From: Octopus vulgaris
Taxonomy: Eukaryota
DNA: 64,000 bases
Direction of reading: 5' to 3'
NCBI GenBank assembly: GCA_951406725.2
Contig: OX597816.1
Coordinates: 177,692,001 to 177,756,000, forward strand
The notes under the pieces are model-generated. The model searched no databases. It was not told the origin of the DNA and saw only the letters and a list, made by a program, of their open reading frames with translations. Made by a program: the position numbers and the translations under genes. This document shows, in pieces, positions 1-14,069 of the stretch (position 1 is the first letter of the stretch; each line of letters starts with the position of its first letter).

Positions 1-110
1 ATACAACTGCGCAGTCTTTTGAACAAGTGTCTGCTGCCACAGCTTCTAGTCGACCTGAGCTTTCTGAGTGGAAATTCGTAGACGAAAATAAGACGATAGT
101 TCACCCGATA
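1..110 (+). mobile_element. Degenerate fragment of SINE family A (CORE-like part)
   Basis: CTGCGCAGTCTTTTGAACAAGTGTCTGCTGCCACAGC...GAGTGGAAATTCGTAGACG aligns by eye to the family A segment CTGCGTGGCACCTTGGGCAAGTGTCTTCTACTATAGC...GAGTGGATTTGGTAGACG (e.g. 22358-22436). Confidence 0.6.
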
Positions 111-478
111 GATTTTCATCTGCTTTTAGATGGTAGAGTTAATCTGAGCAGTAGTATAGCACCAGTATTTGCCTTTTGAGTACAAATAGTAAAGTTCATT
201 AAATTACATGTTTTCAGACCAGTTCTCTAATCTAAGGATAATTTAATATCTTGACTTGCTGCGTCGAACCCATTTAGAAGTGATTTCTTTTCCCCTCTTC
301 CCCACCCATCTCGTGGACGTTCCTTAAGGTTATAGCTGTTACGAACAACCTTCTACATCAGACTAAGATATATGAAAAAAAAAACAAGCAATTTTAATTA
401 AAATTTTGTATAATTTAAAATAAACTATTTATATTTTCCCGGAAAATTGACAAACAATTCTCAATAAAGTATATTTAT

Positions 479-1020
479 ATTGTGTTGAGTTAAATTTTTT
501 GCAATATTTTGGTAACTTACTTTATTCGTACAGTTACAAAAGCAGCCTATCATTGCACCGTCTGAAGCCACCGTTCGGCTAATTCTTTAATCCCACACTG
601 ATGCCATTTCTTGTCCTACGAGGCGAAAATCTCTTTCGCTGAAGACTCCACCTCCTTTTGGCCGATGAAGCATCGCGAGTGCAGAAAGTGAGCCATTGAT
701 CAGATCAAGTAATAATCCAAATAGCTAAGTCCGAACTATATGCAGATCGTTCGAACAGTATGAGGTCTTGCATTGTCTCGTTGCTGAAGAGCTGGCTTTC
801 TGATCGCAAATGCCAGATATTTTTGCTGCACAATGGCATACATCCGCTCCAGCTGTTCCGGGTATAGATTGGCATCGATGGTTCGACCGTTCAGAACGAA
901 CTCGTAGTGAATTATGCCTTTGTAATTCCACCAGTCGCAGAACATCATCTTGTGTTCGAAATGCCCATATTTAGAGACAGGTTCTGGAAGCTGATCCTTG
1001 CTTAACCACTGTTTATGCAT
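479..1020 (-). mobile_element. Mariner (DD34D) transposase relic, catalytic/C-terminal half plus right end
   Basis: ORF 736-1020 KQWL..PEPVSK..KMMFCDWWNYKGIIHYE..NGRTIDANLY.EQLER..DNARPH is typical mariner; continues with frameshifts/stops to ..GIKELAERWLQTVQ near 550-600. Confidence 0.9.
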
Positions 1021-1067
1021 GTTAAAATTGCAGAAAATTATTTCCCTCGAGTTATTACTTACTGCAC

Positions 1068-1271
1068 TTGCGACGTTTCATCAACCAAGAGGATATAGAA
1101 ACTGTAGTGAAGAGGGGGGGGCTTCACCTCGAGGGACAAGAACTGGTTTCACCGTGGGATCAAAGAATTTGCAGGAAGGTGGCTTCAGACGATGCAATAG
1201 GATAGCCTCTATTTTGATGAATAAAGCAAATAAGCTACCAAGATATTGCAAAACTTTTGACTCAACACAAT
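1068..1271 (+). mobile_element. Second mariner C-terminus and right end, inverted relative to 479-1020
   Basis: Reads ..SRDKNWFHRGIKEFAGRWLQTMQ*; end GATATTGCAAAACTTTTGACTCAACACAAT is the reverse complement of ATTGTGTTGAGTTAAATTTTTTGCAATATT at 479-508. Confidence 0.8.
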
Positions 1272-1592
1272 TTATTTGACATATAGTCTTACTGCGGAAT
1301 GCAAGTTGCGAACCAACTTAAGCAAGAATTCGCTATACTGAATTATTTTAATGTTCATGCTGTGTCTTCAGTGCAGAAAATTGTTAGCAGTTGTCAAACT
1401 AACTACAATATGTAAATTAGCTTCCCCATTTGTAAACTAAACAGCATTTTTACATTACCCTAAGACTAGTAGTACTTAAGTGGCACCTGACAGCGGACAT
1501 TGTGTAAGAAAACATTGCCGTTGCTATGGGATTTATTTTATTTATTTTAATGCATCCTTTCAGACATGCTTAAAAAATAGATATACTTAAGA

Positions 1593-1593
<1 letters not shown>

Positions 1594-1665
<72 letters not shown>

Positions 1666-1681
1666 CGTGCGTGCGTGTGTT

Positions 1682-1715
<34 letters not shown>

Positions 1716-1716
1716 A
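1594..1716. repeat. (TA)n(TG)n(CGTG)n compound microsatellite
   Basis: Directly visible. Confidence 0.95.
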
Positions 1717-1977
1717 ACTTTAGATTAGTTAGAAAATATTTGTGACATATTCCATATTCTGAAGCAAAGTCACATCAGTTACCGTGGAGAATAAATTTTC
1801 TCTTTTGGTAAAAGGTTTCAAAACACCATATATTCCCAGTGCTTCCTCTAACGGTTTCCCAGATGCGTGGTTCTGGCTCTTTAAGCTTCCTCATTGGGAA
1901 GTACCGAAGAAAGATAACCTTGGGTAGATTAAAAGCCGGAGCTTTAACTAAAACAACAACAGTGACTGAGTTGCGTT

Positions 1978-2110
<133 letters not shown>

Positions 2111-2514
2111 TGTATGTAAACTGGAATTTTTAATCGTTATCCTGTAGTGTTTGGTGTAGCGAGAAATTCTTTTTGAGGGAGCATAGAGGCAACGAGGTTA
2201 AATTTAATAAGACAGACTCTTAATTTAAGCGAGTCGCGAGAAAAGCAAATATTTTGACATAACTGGCGCAGACTGGTTTTTTCTCATGATTTCCAGTATG
2301 TTGTTAATATTTAATTGATAATCGAAAGAAAATATTGAAAGTAGAATAAACGTAGAGAATATTTGGATCAGAGCTGTAGCGCAGTAAGATGCTCTTTAAA
2401 TTTCCAATCTAGTTTTAATTTTCTATTATCAGACACAAGACTCTTTCTACTTTATTAAGCTATTTGCTTTCAGAAACATTGTGGTGCTAAAATTATGCCT
2501 CTTGTAGTTTTAGT

Positions 2515-2630
2515 TTGGTTTCACATTTTTGTACAAGGTCACCAATTTTGGGAGTGGGAGTAATTCGATTACATCAACCCTAGTGATCAACTGGTGCTTA
2601 TTTTATCGATGCTTAAAGGAAGAGTCATTG
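2515..2630 (-). mobile_element. SINE family B, 3' half, degenerate
   Basis: Reverse complement of family B 3' region (GATAAAATAAGTACCAG..GGGTCGATGTAATCGA..CCTTGT..AAATTTGAAACC). Confidence 0.7.
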
Positions 2631-3056
2631 AATTAATGTTAACAAATCCAGGCGTCCGTGTTAGTGATGTAGATCAAAGATTCTCAACGGGGACTATATG
2701 CCCCAACTCCGAGGGCCCATTTGGATCTTGAGGGGGTGTTTTGGAGCAAAGGGACACTAGTGGAGCGTTAAGAGCTTGGGAAGCTTGAAGACCCTCGTCT
2801 TTGGTAAGTTTAATTTGAAATTAACGAGTAGTAGCCATATTTTCACATCTCTGCGACGGTCAGTTTAAGAAATTCATGCCTTTTTGTTTCGAATTTTCAA
2901 AAACTTAAAAAAACACTATTTCCACTTTGACAACAACAAGTGGTACTGTGTGTAACTGGTGTCGCTAAAGTGAAACCCCCTAAACAAAGCCTAAATACAA
3001 ATGAATAGTGACAGACTATTAAAAGAAAAAAGTAATGAATAAAAACGAAAAGCTGA

Positions 3057-3098
<42 letters not shown>

Positions 3099-5198
3099 TG
3101 ATGGTCAGAACTTTGGATCAAACAGGCTTTTGGGACTGGCTGATAGGTATGTATTTGTGTATGTATGGGTATGTTTGTACGTATATAATTGCGTGTGCTG
3201 CTGTTTTGAATTCCTTTCTGCAACTGAACTTAAATTGCCCCCTAGCTATATATATATATATAATTTATAACAAAGCCTAATGGTGTGAATTTTCTAAAGC
3301 TACTTTAGGAACAAACGGTGTTCACAATGAATTCCAATTTAATCGGAATCTGAAGCATATTTGTAGAAAAGAAATATTTGATTTTCTCACAGCAAATTTT
3401 TAGGGCATAATTGTGTAGAAATGCTGAAATATTTATATATATATATATATATAAGGATGTATATAAAACTAACTCTTTAAAAATGTATGTATGTGTGTAT
3501 ATATTTGTATGTTTCTGTATGCATTTATTCATATATAAGTTTCAGAAGATATTAGAATAATGGAATAAAAGTCAGTCATAAGAGATCCCCCAAAATCTAT
3601 TTCCTTAATTTTTAACTACTGTTTCTGGCACACATATTTACATAATTTTGATTTTGAAGTATTTAAAAAATGATTTAGAAATTATAAAGAGAAACGAATG
3701 GTAGATTCAGACTGTCCATATTTTAAAATCTCAAATTAAAAAAAAAAAAATTTGTGCATGTCAAATTTTTTCTCCAGAAGTTCATGGCTTCATAGGAATA
3801 AGCATGGAGAACTGCATCAAGATAACCAATTTTCAGATTTTTTACTTCCATTTAAAAATGCAGATTTAGTGAATGAAACAAACTAGATCCTAAATAAAAG
3901 GGGGCTGATTTTGTGACTCAAACTAACTAGATCCAAGTACAGTGAATACCATCCTCCACAATTTGCTACTTATATGAAGTACATATATATTTCAACAATT
4001 TCTATCAAATACACTCTTTCTTGAGCATAAAAATCATCTTCCTGGGTGACAATAACTTATGTCAGATTGTTGCATAGGTTCTAGCTGTTTTGATAAAGGA
4101 AATCGGAAAGGTTTGAAATGGTTTCAACGGAATTTACTTGTACCAAAGATAGGCAACATGTTGATCTCATAAGTTTTCGCGTGGTGGAAATAAATGCAAT
4201 TACCAAACTTTCAATTCATTATTTCGTTTTTTCTTGCATTTCAATTTGTACATCTGTACTCCCGACTGCGTACAAGCACATATGTAAAATGTTGTCCTTT
4301 ATTTTTTAATCATTATCTGCTGATATCAAAATAACTAGTATATTGATAAATAAAAGTATTTTCTAAGGGGAAAAAAGGACCAAAAAGGGTTGGCAAAATG
4401 GGTTGAGAGTATTTGATGTAAATGATTGACAAGCATTAAAAGACAAAAGTACTCTTATGTAGAAATAGATCTTAATTCTGAAGATCCAGTCATTCAAAAC
4501 TATGTAGTATGTCCAATTCCATACGTAGCCTTACATAATCTACCGATGTTTTATTTATTTATTTATTTATGTATTTATGTATTTATTTATTTATTTATTT
4601 TCTTTTAAATATAAATGCCAACCACTTATGAAATCCATTCGAATATTGCGAAGAGGTTATCAACTGTCTGATCAAATATCTATAGAGAAAATCTTTTCCC
4701 TTGCTTCCGACTAAGAAGCAAAGCCCTTCTCCTCCAGTGAAACACCCTCATCAACAAACTGCCAGTAATAAACAAAACCTGAGTCTGATCGTAGATTTAA
4801 AAATTGTTTATATCATAGCATTACTTCCTTTTCCCTAACCCAGTTATTTCTTATCTTATCTCACAACGAATTTTCTACCTAGAAATTTTCTATCTCTGAT
4901 GCTCAAGTAACCCAAGTAAAAATTCTTGATGTAATATTCCCAACACAATTATCTCTGCGGTTAAACTGATCATAGCAATGAGACGTGATTTTGAACTTGT
5001 TTACTCGCACTGAAATTAAGTCAAATACTTACGGGAATACTACACTAAGTTTGAAAACGTGTCTCAGGGAACTATATAAACATGTTTCTTTTCTTTTTTT
5101 ACTCTTTTACTCTCAAAAAAACACATCATTTTTTTGTAGTACGAGAAATGGGAAGCTGTGACAGTCATATTTTTTCTGTGATATTATTAACAACAAAA

Positions 5199-5402
5199 GG
5201 CAGAACCGTTAGCGCATCGGGCAAAATGCTTAGTGGCATTTCGTCCGTCTCTACGGTCTGTATTCAAATTCCGCCGAGTTCCACTTTCGCTTTCATCTTT
5301 CGAGGTCGTTAAAATAACTACCAGTTGAAAAATGGGGTCGATGTAATCGACTTATTCCCTTTCCTCGAAATTGTTGGCCTTGTACCCAAATTTGGAACCG
5401 AT
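5199..5402 (+). mobile_element. SINE family B (tRNA-derived head, GCCTTTCATCCTTTCGGGGTCGATAAA central domain)
   Basis: GGCAGAACCGTTAGC (A-box-like), TTCAAATTCCG (B-box-like), central domain and tail match the copies at 39735 and 57511. Confidence 0.85.
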
Positions 5403-6606
5403 ATTATCAGCAACAAGAATATGAAACGAAAATGTTTTGGTCTAGGAAAGAAAACCACTTTGCAGTCGTTGGAACTTGCCATTGCATTTTGTTTTTAGAA
5501 CAAAGTACTTTTGTTCTTAGAATAAGTACTCTACTGTGTACTTGTTTACCCATTTCCATAAGCCTTCCATCCTCTCTACTTTATATCAGACAGCAATCTA
5601 ATATTTTTTATATGCTAATCCAATTTTCAACACCAGAATCAATTTTGGAAAGCATTACTTGAAAAGCAGCATTATTCTACCATATTTACCATATTCGTAA
5701 AGTTTCTTTAATGAGTGATATCGAAAAATTAATCCAGCAGAATATATTACAAATGATTAGTGTACCTCTGTCATACAGTTAAATTCTCCACATTTTTCAC
5801 ATTTATATATCTTAAGTTTCGAAATACTGGCTTTTAATCTAGTTTGGGAATATTTAATCTACGCTTTGTTTGTGTCACTCGGCTAGAGTCGAGGGAGAAA
5901 GATATCAAATGGATGTTTTATCTAGATAACTACGCTAATATGTTACTTGCTAAAAACTGATCAAATAATTATCTACACGCAAAAATAGCGTCGTGGAGGT
6001 ATTTTTTGAAAATATCTTTTATATTACATCTACTAAATATTATAAGTATGCACACTTTGTGTGTAACCTAACCTCTTTAAACAATATAACAAACTATGTT
6101 AAGAAAAACTACGAAGAAGGGTCCCCTGTTGCGACTTCAAGTGAGGTATGAAGCATAAGATATGTAGGGCGAGGGTAAATGTGAAGTGTAATGGTTATAG
6201 GGTTCACGTGAATATTCATGTAGTAAATGAAGTTAAACAAATTTGTCAGCTTTCTCGAAGTTTTGGAGATTCATTATATTTATTAACTAAGCACAAATAC
6301 TTGGGAATAAAATTTGAATCTGCGAACCTGGTATCATTTAAGTATTCTTATACTATTCTTATTTTTGGGATAGGTATGAACATAGCAACACATAGATTTC
6401 TAGCTATCAATTTGGAAGCATTTTAATAGATTAAGCCAATACTTTCAAAAATAACATCGAAATTAATTTTTTTTTAAAAGTAACGATGGAAGTAAATCTA
6501 AAATGTTTTCCGTAACCTTTGATATCATTGATTCATAATCTAATTAATATATTTGAACAAACCCTGGGCATAACAGATCTTATATTCATATTTGTTATTT
6601 TTTACG

Positions 6607-6755
6607 CTTTGAGTTGAAATCTCTGTGAGTTCAACTTTGCCTTTCATCACTTCGGAATCGACAAGACAAAGCTGCTGTTAAATACTGGGATACATCTAAT
6701 CTGTTGACCTTATTCTCCCAAAATTGCTGGCCTTGTGGTAAATCAGAAATAATTA
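6607..6755 (+). mobile_element. SINE family B, degenerate
   Basis: GAGTTGAAAT..CAACTTTGCCTTTCATC..AAAATTGCTGGCCTTGTG. Confidence 0.7.
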
Positions 6756-6887
6756 TTTACAATGCTAAATGCTTTAGAGAAGGTATTGACGTCACATTAC
6801 GTTTCATTCGCTCTTCCAAAAATAAATGCTCTGGGATTCAAATAAAAGAAACCAAAATTTCTCCAATTCTTAACGTTATAGCGGAAC

Positions 6888-7018
6888 ATCACCATCATCA
6901 TCGCCACCATGACCACCATCCTCATCCTCATCATCACCCAACCCCACCACCATCAGCATCATCATCATCAACCCCGCCCCCATCATCATCATCATCACCA
7001 CCACCACCACCACCATCG
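6888..7018. repeat. (CAT/CAC)n trinucleotide microsatellite
   Basis: Directly visible; explains the His/Pro/Ser-rich ORF. Confidence 0.9.
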
Positions 7019-7633
7019 TCTCGCTGCACTTCACACACTGTAGACATCATCAGTAGCTTTCTACAACAGTTAAGTGATTTTACAACGTTGCTGATTTTTA
7101 ATTATATTCGAGACGAGTTGATGTCACAATTCGTGGAGGCTGCCTTGAAAAGGACGTCTCATATAAATGAAAGTAGTGATGGAAAGAGGCTGGGTTAATT
7201 TAATACAGCTAATATTTTCTTTAAATTCCTCCAGATTTATTCTAGTAGGTATCATGTTTTCAAGTAGAGGTTCCAGAGTAAAGCAGTGTTAACGTAAAAA
7301 TGTTAGGCATGTCTTTTAATTGAAAGACGTGAGAGAAATGTAGTGATGAAGAGCGAGAGCACGGCTAAAAGCATGTGTCAGTACAAACAAGACTTTGCTG
7401 GAATCTAAGAACTGTGATGAAATACAAAAATATATAAACAAATTTTCTTAGCAGTAACAAAACAATAGAATAATGAAAAGGATGGCACAGCTGCATGTTT
7501 GACTACAGGAATACAGTTTCCCTGATGTTATGGAAAATTATCAAATATATTATTATATTTATGAATTTGTTTTGCAAGATGCCTGATGTGAAAACGTGTG
7601 TTGAAAACGATATTGTTTTATATATATATATAT

Positions 7634-7823
7634 AGTGAGAATATACAAAAATAAAAATAAAAAACAGAAGACGAAGACGTGTGTGTCAATAACAAACATA
7701 TGTATTAGTTTAACGCTCGGGAAGTGAGAAAGTCTTTTTCGTTTCGAGGTTACGCTCTTCGGCAGAAAGGAACGCAGAAATAAACAGGGAGAGAAAATAA
7801 AAAATGTTTAGTGGCTAGCGATC
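7634..7823 (-). mobile_element. Small Penelope-pLTR-like repeat with degenerate hammerhead-like motif (copy 1)
   Basis: Homologous to 44838-44986 (TTCCTTTCTGYCGAAGAGCGTA..CTCGAAACG..CACTTCCCGAGCGTTAA); preceded by (TA)n. Confidence 0.65.
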
Positions 7824-7824
7824 T

Positions 7825-8216
<392 letters not shown>

Positions 8217-9448
8217 ATGTTTATTTATTAGCCACACAGGGCTGCACACAGATAGAACAAATTACAAGGTAGAGTTTTTCTTTTGAAGGTTTAAAAAAAA
8301 AAAAATAAATAAATATAAAAAAATTTTTTAAATTAAAAAAAAATAATAATAATAAAATAAAATAAAAATAAAATAAAAAAGGGGGGGTCGATCAAAAGGG
8401 ATCGTAAAAGGAGAGAAAGAGGACAAAAAAAAGAAAGGGGGGGTTAAAAAAAAAGGGGAGAGGAAAAAAAATTGATCAATAGGGATCGTTATCACAGAAA
8501 TGTCAATATGAAGTGTAAAGGGGAGGACAGGTGAGGTTTACCCGTGGAAAGAAAAGCCTACTGAAAAGACCACGGTAACCTCGGTCAATGAAGTCACATG
8601 TTATATTTCTTTTTTTTTTTTTTTTTTGCAAATAAGCAACTCTCTGTATTAATTTTTACGGTTCATAGAATCATAGTAAAGGTGGCTTCGTCATTCATAC
8701 GTGCCATCGCTACATTCACCCATCTTTTTTAAAACATTCACTAGACAAAACTTGCCTCTCTACTCTCACTTTTTTCTTCAAGTGATACTTGAAGAAGTTG
8801 ATGAGAGATTGACCAGAGAGGAAAGTGTTTGTCTCTAATCCTTTCAGACGCGTCCACCAGATACATTATTTCGCCATAGCCACAAGTATGATAAAAATAG
8901 CTCTTCCTTCCCGTTTGAAGGAAGGAGGCGTGACGATATTAACGATAGACTCGGCTGATAAACCGACACGTCCCACACGTGACAGCAGTCGTTCGACATA
9001 AGCCCACAGGTGGGAAATTGCTGGACACTGCACGATTGCGTGCAGAGCGGTTTCGTCGCTCTGCCCGCATCTCGGGCAGGTCGGCCCCGTGTTTCTCGAG
9101 CCATGCCTATAGAGCTTATCCCGAACGGGTAGCGCTTCTCGGTAGCACCGCCAGGCCAGGGATCTCTGGAAGTTGTCCATAGGTCCCGGGCCGAAAGTCG
9201 TTTGAAACAGGCGGGTCAGGTATTCCTCGTCGACGCCCAGGTTTGCCCCGAGCTCGTCGTCGTACCTCCCCTCCACTAATCCCCTATAGAATGCTTTGGT
9301 TGTGTTGAAGTCACTCAAGGTCGACCCGGGACGGCAGAGTTGCTTGAGAGCAACGCGACACTCGCGGTGCCATTCGCCCTTCTTCGGCCTCTTTTTGATC
9401 CACGACTGTAGTTCGGTCATGGAGACGAGTTGCGGGAATGCGTGCCTC

Positions 9449-9449
<1 letters not shown>
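8217..9449 (-). mobile_element. 5'-truncated Tx1/L1-clade non-LTR retrotransposon (ORF2 C-terminus with zf-RVT, 3'UTR, AATAAA)
   Basis: ORF 8866-9450 has LAWRCYREALPVRDKL..CPRCGQSDETALHAIVQCP..LW, the L1/Tx1 CCHC C-terminal motif; after a frameshift it continues ..IWWTR.. to a stop near 8663; 3' end CCCTGTGTGGCTAATAAATAAA. Confidence 0.9.
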
Positions 9450-9500
<51 letters not shown>

Positions 9501-9524
9501 ACAGACAGACAGACAGACAGACAA

Positions 9525-9598
<74 letters not shown>
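9449..9598. repeat. (GATA)n/(GACA)n array
   Basis: Directly visible. Confidence 0.95.
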
Positions 9599-9599
<1 letters not shown>

Positions 9600-9997
9600 T
9601 TTATATATTCATATATTTTTAGCAAGCGCACTGGCTAATCGCGACACTAGTGTCTCTTCCGGCACTTTTTCTATATATTGCTGGCAAGGAGATGAGTCGC
9701 GTTTGAGCGTCCATCATTGACATGGCCAAAGAAGGTCGAAATCACATGATCTGGTGGTCTCGGCACTGAAGATGACAGGGATTTCAAAATATAAACAAGA
9801 GTGCATTTTGCACCGAAAACCAATATGAGAGTTTCTCTTGTGGTATCTATCGCAGTATAGGTTGTTCTAACAGAACATGCACGTTTAAGTGGGGATATTA
9901 CCCCTCAGTATTTATACTGCCTCTGTTCCTAATATATTTTATTAATATTAAAATGAGTCCATGCAATCCAAATATAGTAGTAATCTATGTCGGCAAA

Positions 9998-10480
9998 TCT
10001 ATATATATAAAACTGTAGTTGTGTGAGTGTCTGTCCCCTTCGATTTAGATTCCTAACTACTCCCACATTTTGCGGTGCAGTTTAACCAAATTCGGGTATC
10101 TTATAGTCATGATTCATATCGAGCCCGTCTGGCTATTAGCGCGCGTCTACGATGAGTCTACAATTTTAAAAATAATTTAACATCATTTTTTATTCCATTT
10201 TAATGCATAATTTTTCGTGTGTCGATGGCGGCGGAGTTGGCGTCCGTGGTCACAGCTGCACCTGTTTGCTTCTCCCCCTTCTTCCCTCCCTCGTGAAGCT
10301 GTTGGGAAGGGAGTGTAAGGAAATCAACGTTGTAAAGCGTTGTCAAGGAGACCAGCGTTCTTTTAGAACAACGACTTCATGGCTTGAAGACACCAAAACA
10401 GAAATGGCTAAGAAAGCTCTAAAAATGCTTATATGGTTATTTCCCTTACAAACCCGAGCAACGCCGGGCGATACTGCTAG
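9998..10480 (+). mobile_element. Non-autonomous Helitron
   Basis: A|TCTATATATATAAAA 5' end, subterminal GC hairpin CCCGAGCAACGCCGGG (10453-10468), 3' CTAG|T, no TSD. Confidence 0.85.
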
Positions 10481-11527
10481 TAGTAAATATAAATAAAAGA
10501 GGAGTAAGCTAGTTTACCATGAGGAAGAGGTTAACTCAGACCTATCTGCCTCCTTTAACATGAGTTATACCCCGCAAGCGCAATTGTTGAAGCGTTGTAC
10601 AGGAAGTACTACTGCTCGTCCTACGTCTATATTTGATCTGTTAGCTGAGACTATGTAGCGCGGAGTGACAGTGAACGTCAATTCTCTTCTCGGAACCACA
10701 AGACGAGAAGTGAACGAAACCAAGTTCATTGTAATGTTAAATCCTAACTAGTATGGCTATTAGGCAACTAAATAGCTACATTTTCAGGCTGTGTTAGTGT
10801 GGATTTCTAAGTGTATATTTAGCATAACGAACTGAAAATATTACTGCATTCTGTGATACTACCCAAGGTTTTTGAAAAGTGGAGTATACAATCTACTCTA
10901 GAGATCTTATGATACAGTTGGAAAATAAAAAAAAATTCCAGAAGAAAAGCTTTCCGTATGATAGATATTATTACCGAAGTAATGAGGGGCGGGAGATTGA
11001 AATAGTTGGCCTATGTAATAAGAAGACTCCACAATTATACAGCACGGGTGCCATGCCAAGATTTCCCGATCCCTAGTCCGTGAACTTTTCAGACTCCTGA
11101 AAATACAGGGTAACCGCTCGCACCAGCGGAGGGAAGAGCGTTGACCAATTTGATGTTGGTGGTGGTGGTCCAGTTGGCAGAATAGAATCGGTTATCCAGA
11201 GAGGAATGCGAGATTAAAGTAATATATTATGATGTAGACCAGATATTGGCAACATTTATTTTAGAAGCGAGCCGGGACGCACTATAAAAACGTTGAAGGT
11301 AATTTTCGTTAGGTGAGCCAATCATGCATGAGAAAACATATATTAAACAAAGCAAACTGAAACTGGAGGACAAATTTATGTTTAATACTCGATTGAAATT
11401 AGGATATATAAGGGTTTAAAAGCACTGAACATTGGTGTTGATTGTTGTGCAATCTCAATTAAAACAACATTACTTAATTACACATACACTCACACATACA
11501 TACACAAGCATACATCCACCCCACTAT

Positions 11528-11560
<33 letters not shown>

Positions 11561-11947
11561 TACTCTTTTACTCTTTTACTTGTTTCAGTCATTTGACTGC
11601 GGCCATGCTGGAGCACGACCTTTAGTCGAGCAAATCGACCCGGGACTTATTCTTTGTAAGCCCAGTACTTATTCTATCGGTCTCTTTTGCCGAACCGCTA
11701 AGTTACGGGGACGTAAACACACCAGCATCGGTGGTCAAGCAATGCTAGGGGGACAAACACAAACACACACACACACACACATACATATATATATACATAT
11801 ATACGACAGGCTTCTTTCAGTTTCCATCTACCAAATCCACTCACAAGGCATTGGTCGGCCCGGGGCTATAGCAGAAGACACTTGCCCAAGATGCCACGGA
11901 ACCATGTGGTTGGTTAGCAAGCTACTTACCACACAGCCACTCCTGCG

Positions 11948-11950
<3 letters not shown>
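11561..11950 (-). mobile_element. SINE family A (tRNA head AGGCGCAGGAGTGGCTGTGTGGTAAG, CORE-like CCTTGGGCAAG, internal microsatellite, tail GACTGAAACAAGTAAAAGAG)
   Basis: Near-identical to copies at 20273, 22291, 51215 and 54380; small deletion in the B-box region. Confidence 0.92.
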
Positions 11951-11992
<42 letters not shown>

Positions 11993-12025
11993 TGATCAAA
12001 ATAAAAACATGATGCCAAGGATTCA

Positions 12026-12103
12026 GCGGTACATATGTTTCGGGCTTTTATTAGACATATTTATAACAATGCATAATGTATGTCTGTGGCCTTCTTCAGC
12101 CGC
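12026..12103 (-). ncRNA. Type I hammerhead ribozyme (PLE type)
   Basis: Minus strand: GCGG CUGAAGA AGGC-(AGACAUA/UAUGUCU extension)-GCCC GAA ACAUAUGU A CCGC; stem I GCGG/CCGC, palindromic stem III ACAUAUGU, GUA triplet. Confidence 0.8.
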
Positions 12104-13879
12104 GCACAACAGCTTCCACAAGGACATGTGTTACATCAAAAATTCTTGGTTGGGGATGCAAATCCTCTCATTCGCGTACGACATAATGCGGCAACAGCAT
12201 AGAATTGAAGCGTCCATCTCTTTCTTCTCTCAATGTAGAATGAGGAAATTTGGATGTTGAAGTAATGTAAATAAATAAATACATATATAGACGTGAAGAT
12301 GGAGGGGCGAGAATTCAGGACGAGGGATAAAAAATGTATAAAAAGTGTAAGTATAGAAAAATATAAAAATGTAGAGTATAAAGATATAAAGGGATATAAG
12401 GAGATGTAAAGGGGATATAAAGAATATAAAGAAATATAAAGAAATATAAATGAATGTAAAGGCATAAGGTTATAAAGTAAAAATAGAAATAGAAATAAAA
12501 GTAAAAGGTAAAAAAATAAAATAAAAATAGGAATAATCATGATAAAAATGTAAAAAAATATAAAGATAAGGGATGTATAGAGGTTACGGACCAAACATGG
12601 TGGTCAGGAGATTGATAAAATTTAGTTGTAGACGTTTTGGGTGTCAATAAATCAACAGGGTCGTCTGGGGACCTAGTGTGTTGTAAATCAGAGCTGTTGA
12701 GCGTTTAATCTAGTTCTTTGAATTAATTGGTCATCTTGTACATACATACCATCATGGATACATACACCCATATACACGCGCACATATACGCGCGCCTACA
12801 CGGCTCCAAGCCTATAAGCATACACACGCACTCACGTGTAAACATGTACATAAACACACATACACCCACACGCACGCGCGTATATATACATACATACAAC
12901 AGAATATCCGCATATATACACGGACATTATACGTGTACACACCCATATATACATACGTGCGTCCATCCTTACATACACATACACATATGCCCACGCTTCC
13001 AGGTTTAGATATAAGATATTAAAGGATGTATATAAGAACGTATGTAAAGAATCACGCACTCACGTCTACACGTGCACGCACACACGGCTGTGTGTCTATA
13101 TGTGCGTGCACATATACACTTACATACACACACAGAGACATACGCGCATATGGGTATAGCTATAAGATATTAAAAGATGTATACAAATAGGTGTAAACAT
13201 ATGAATATAAGAAAACATGTAAAAAAATGTAAAGAAATACGGGGTATGCACATCCAGACGTAGATGCTTACTCGTACATATGTACACATATGTATACGTA
13301 TACATACGTACACGGACGCTCGTATAATCATAAAGCGGATCCATAGGTAAGTAAATAAGGGATAAGCAAAAAAAGTAGACATATATAGAGATATAAAGCG
13401 ATAAGTTAGGGGTAAGAATGAGGGTAAGAGTAAAAATTAGAAATAAAAATAAGAAATACAATATAAAATAAGAAATACAATGTAAAAGTTAGAAATGAAA
13501 TATAAAAATTATAAAAATTATAAGAGTTAAGGTAAGGGATGAAAATAAAAATGAGAATAAAGGTAAAGCGAAGTAGAATAGGATAAAGCAAAATAAAAAT
13601 AAAATAAAATAAAACATGAGATGAAGGTGGTTGAAAGTTAGAGGTGTGTGTTAAAGGTGCCCACGTAGGGGCGGGCGGGGGGAACTGAAAATTGGAAGGG
13701 TGGGAAGTGGAGTTTGGCGGTGTGCGTTCAACATCCGAGTTAGAAATGTGAAAGGGTATAGATATAGGGAAATAAAGAGACTATATAGGAAGGATATGGG
13801 TGTAGGAGAAGAAATATGTAGGGAAAAGAAGACATATATGGGAGACAAAATGTGTATATATAGGAGGAAAATGCGGGGA

Positions 13880-13924
<45 letters not shown>

Positions 13925-14069
13925 CATATACATACACATATGTGCACATACATATATATACACGCACACATATACACATATACACGCACATATAGGAAAG
14001 CGGGATGTGCTGGAGCCGACAGGTTGCACCGGGTGGGAGGAAATTGCATGGGGGAGTTGGTATAATAGC

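Noticed and set aside
6704-7198. His/Pro-rich 164-aa ORF
   Set aside because: Starts within a SINE and is held open by a CAT/CAC microsatellite
12625-12672. Second hammerhead in the PLE 3'UTR (minus CAGACGA..AAAACGTC)
   Set aside because: Two core mismatches, no stem II base and no stem I; at most a relic
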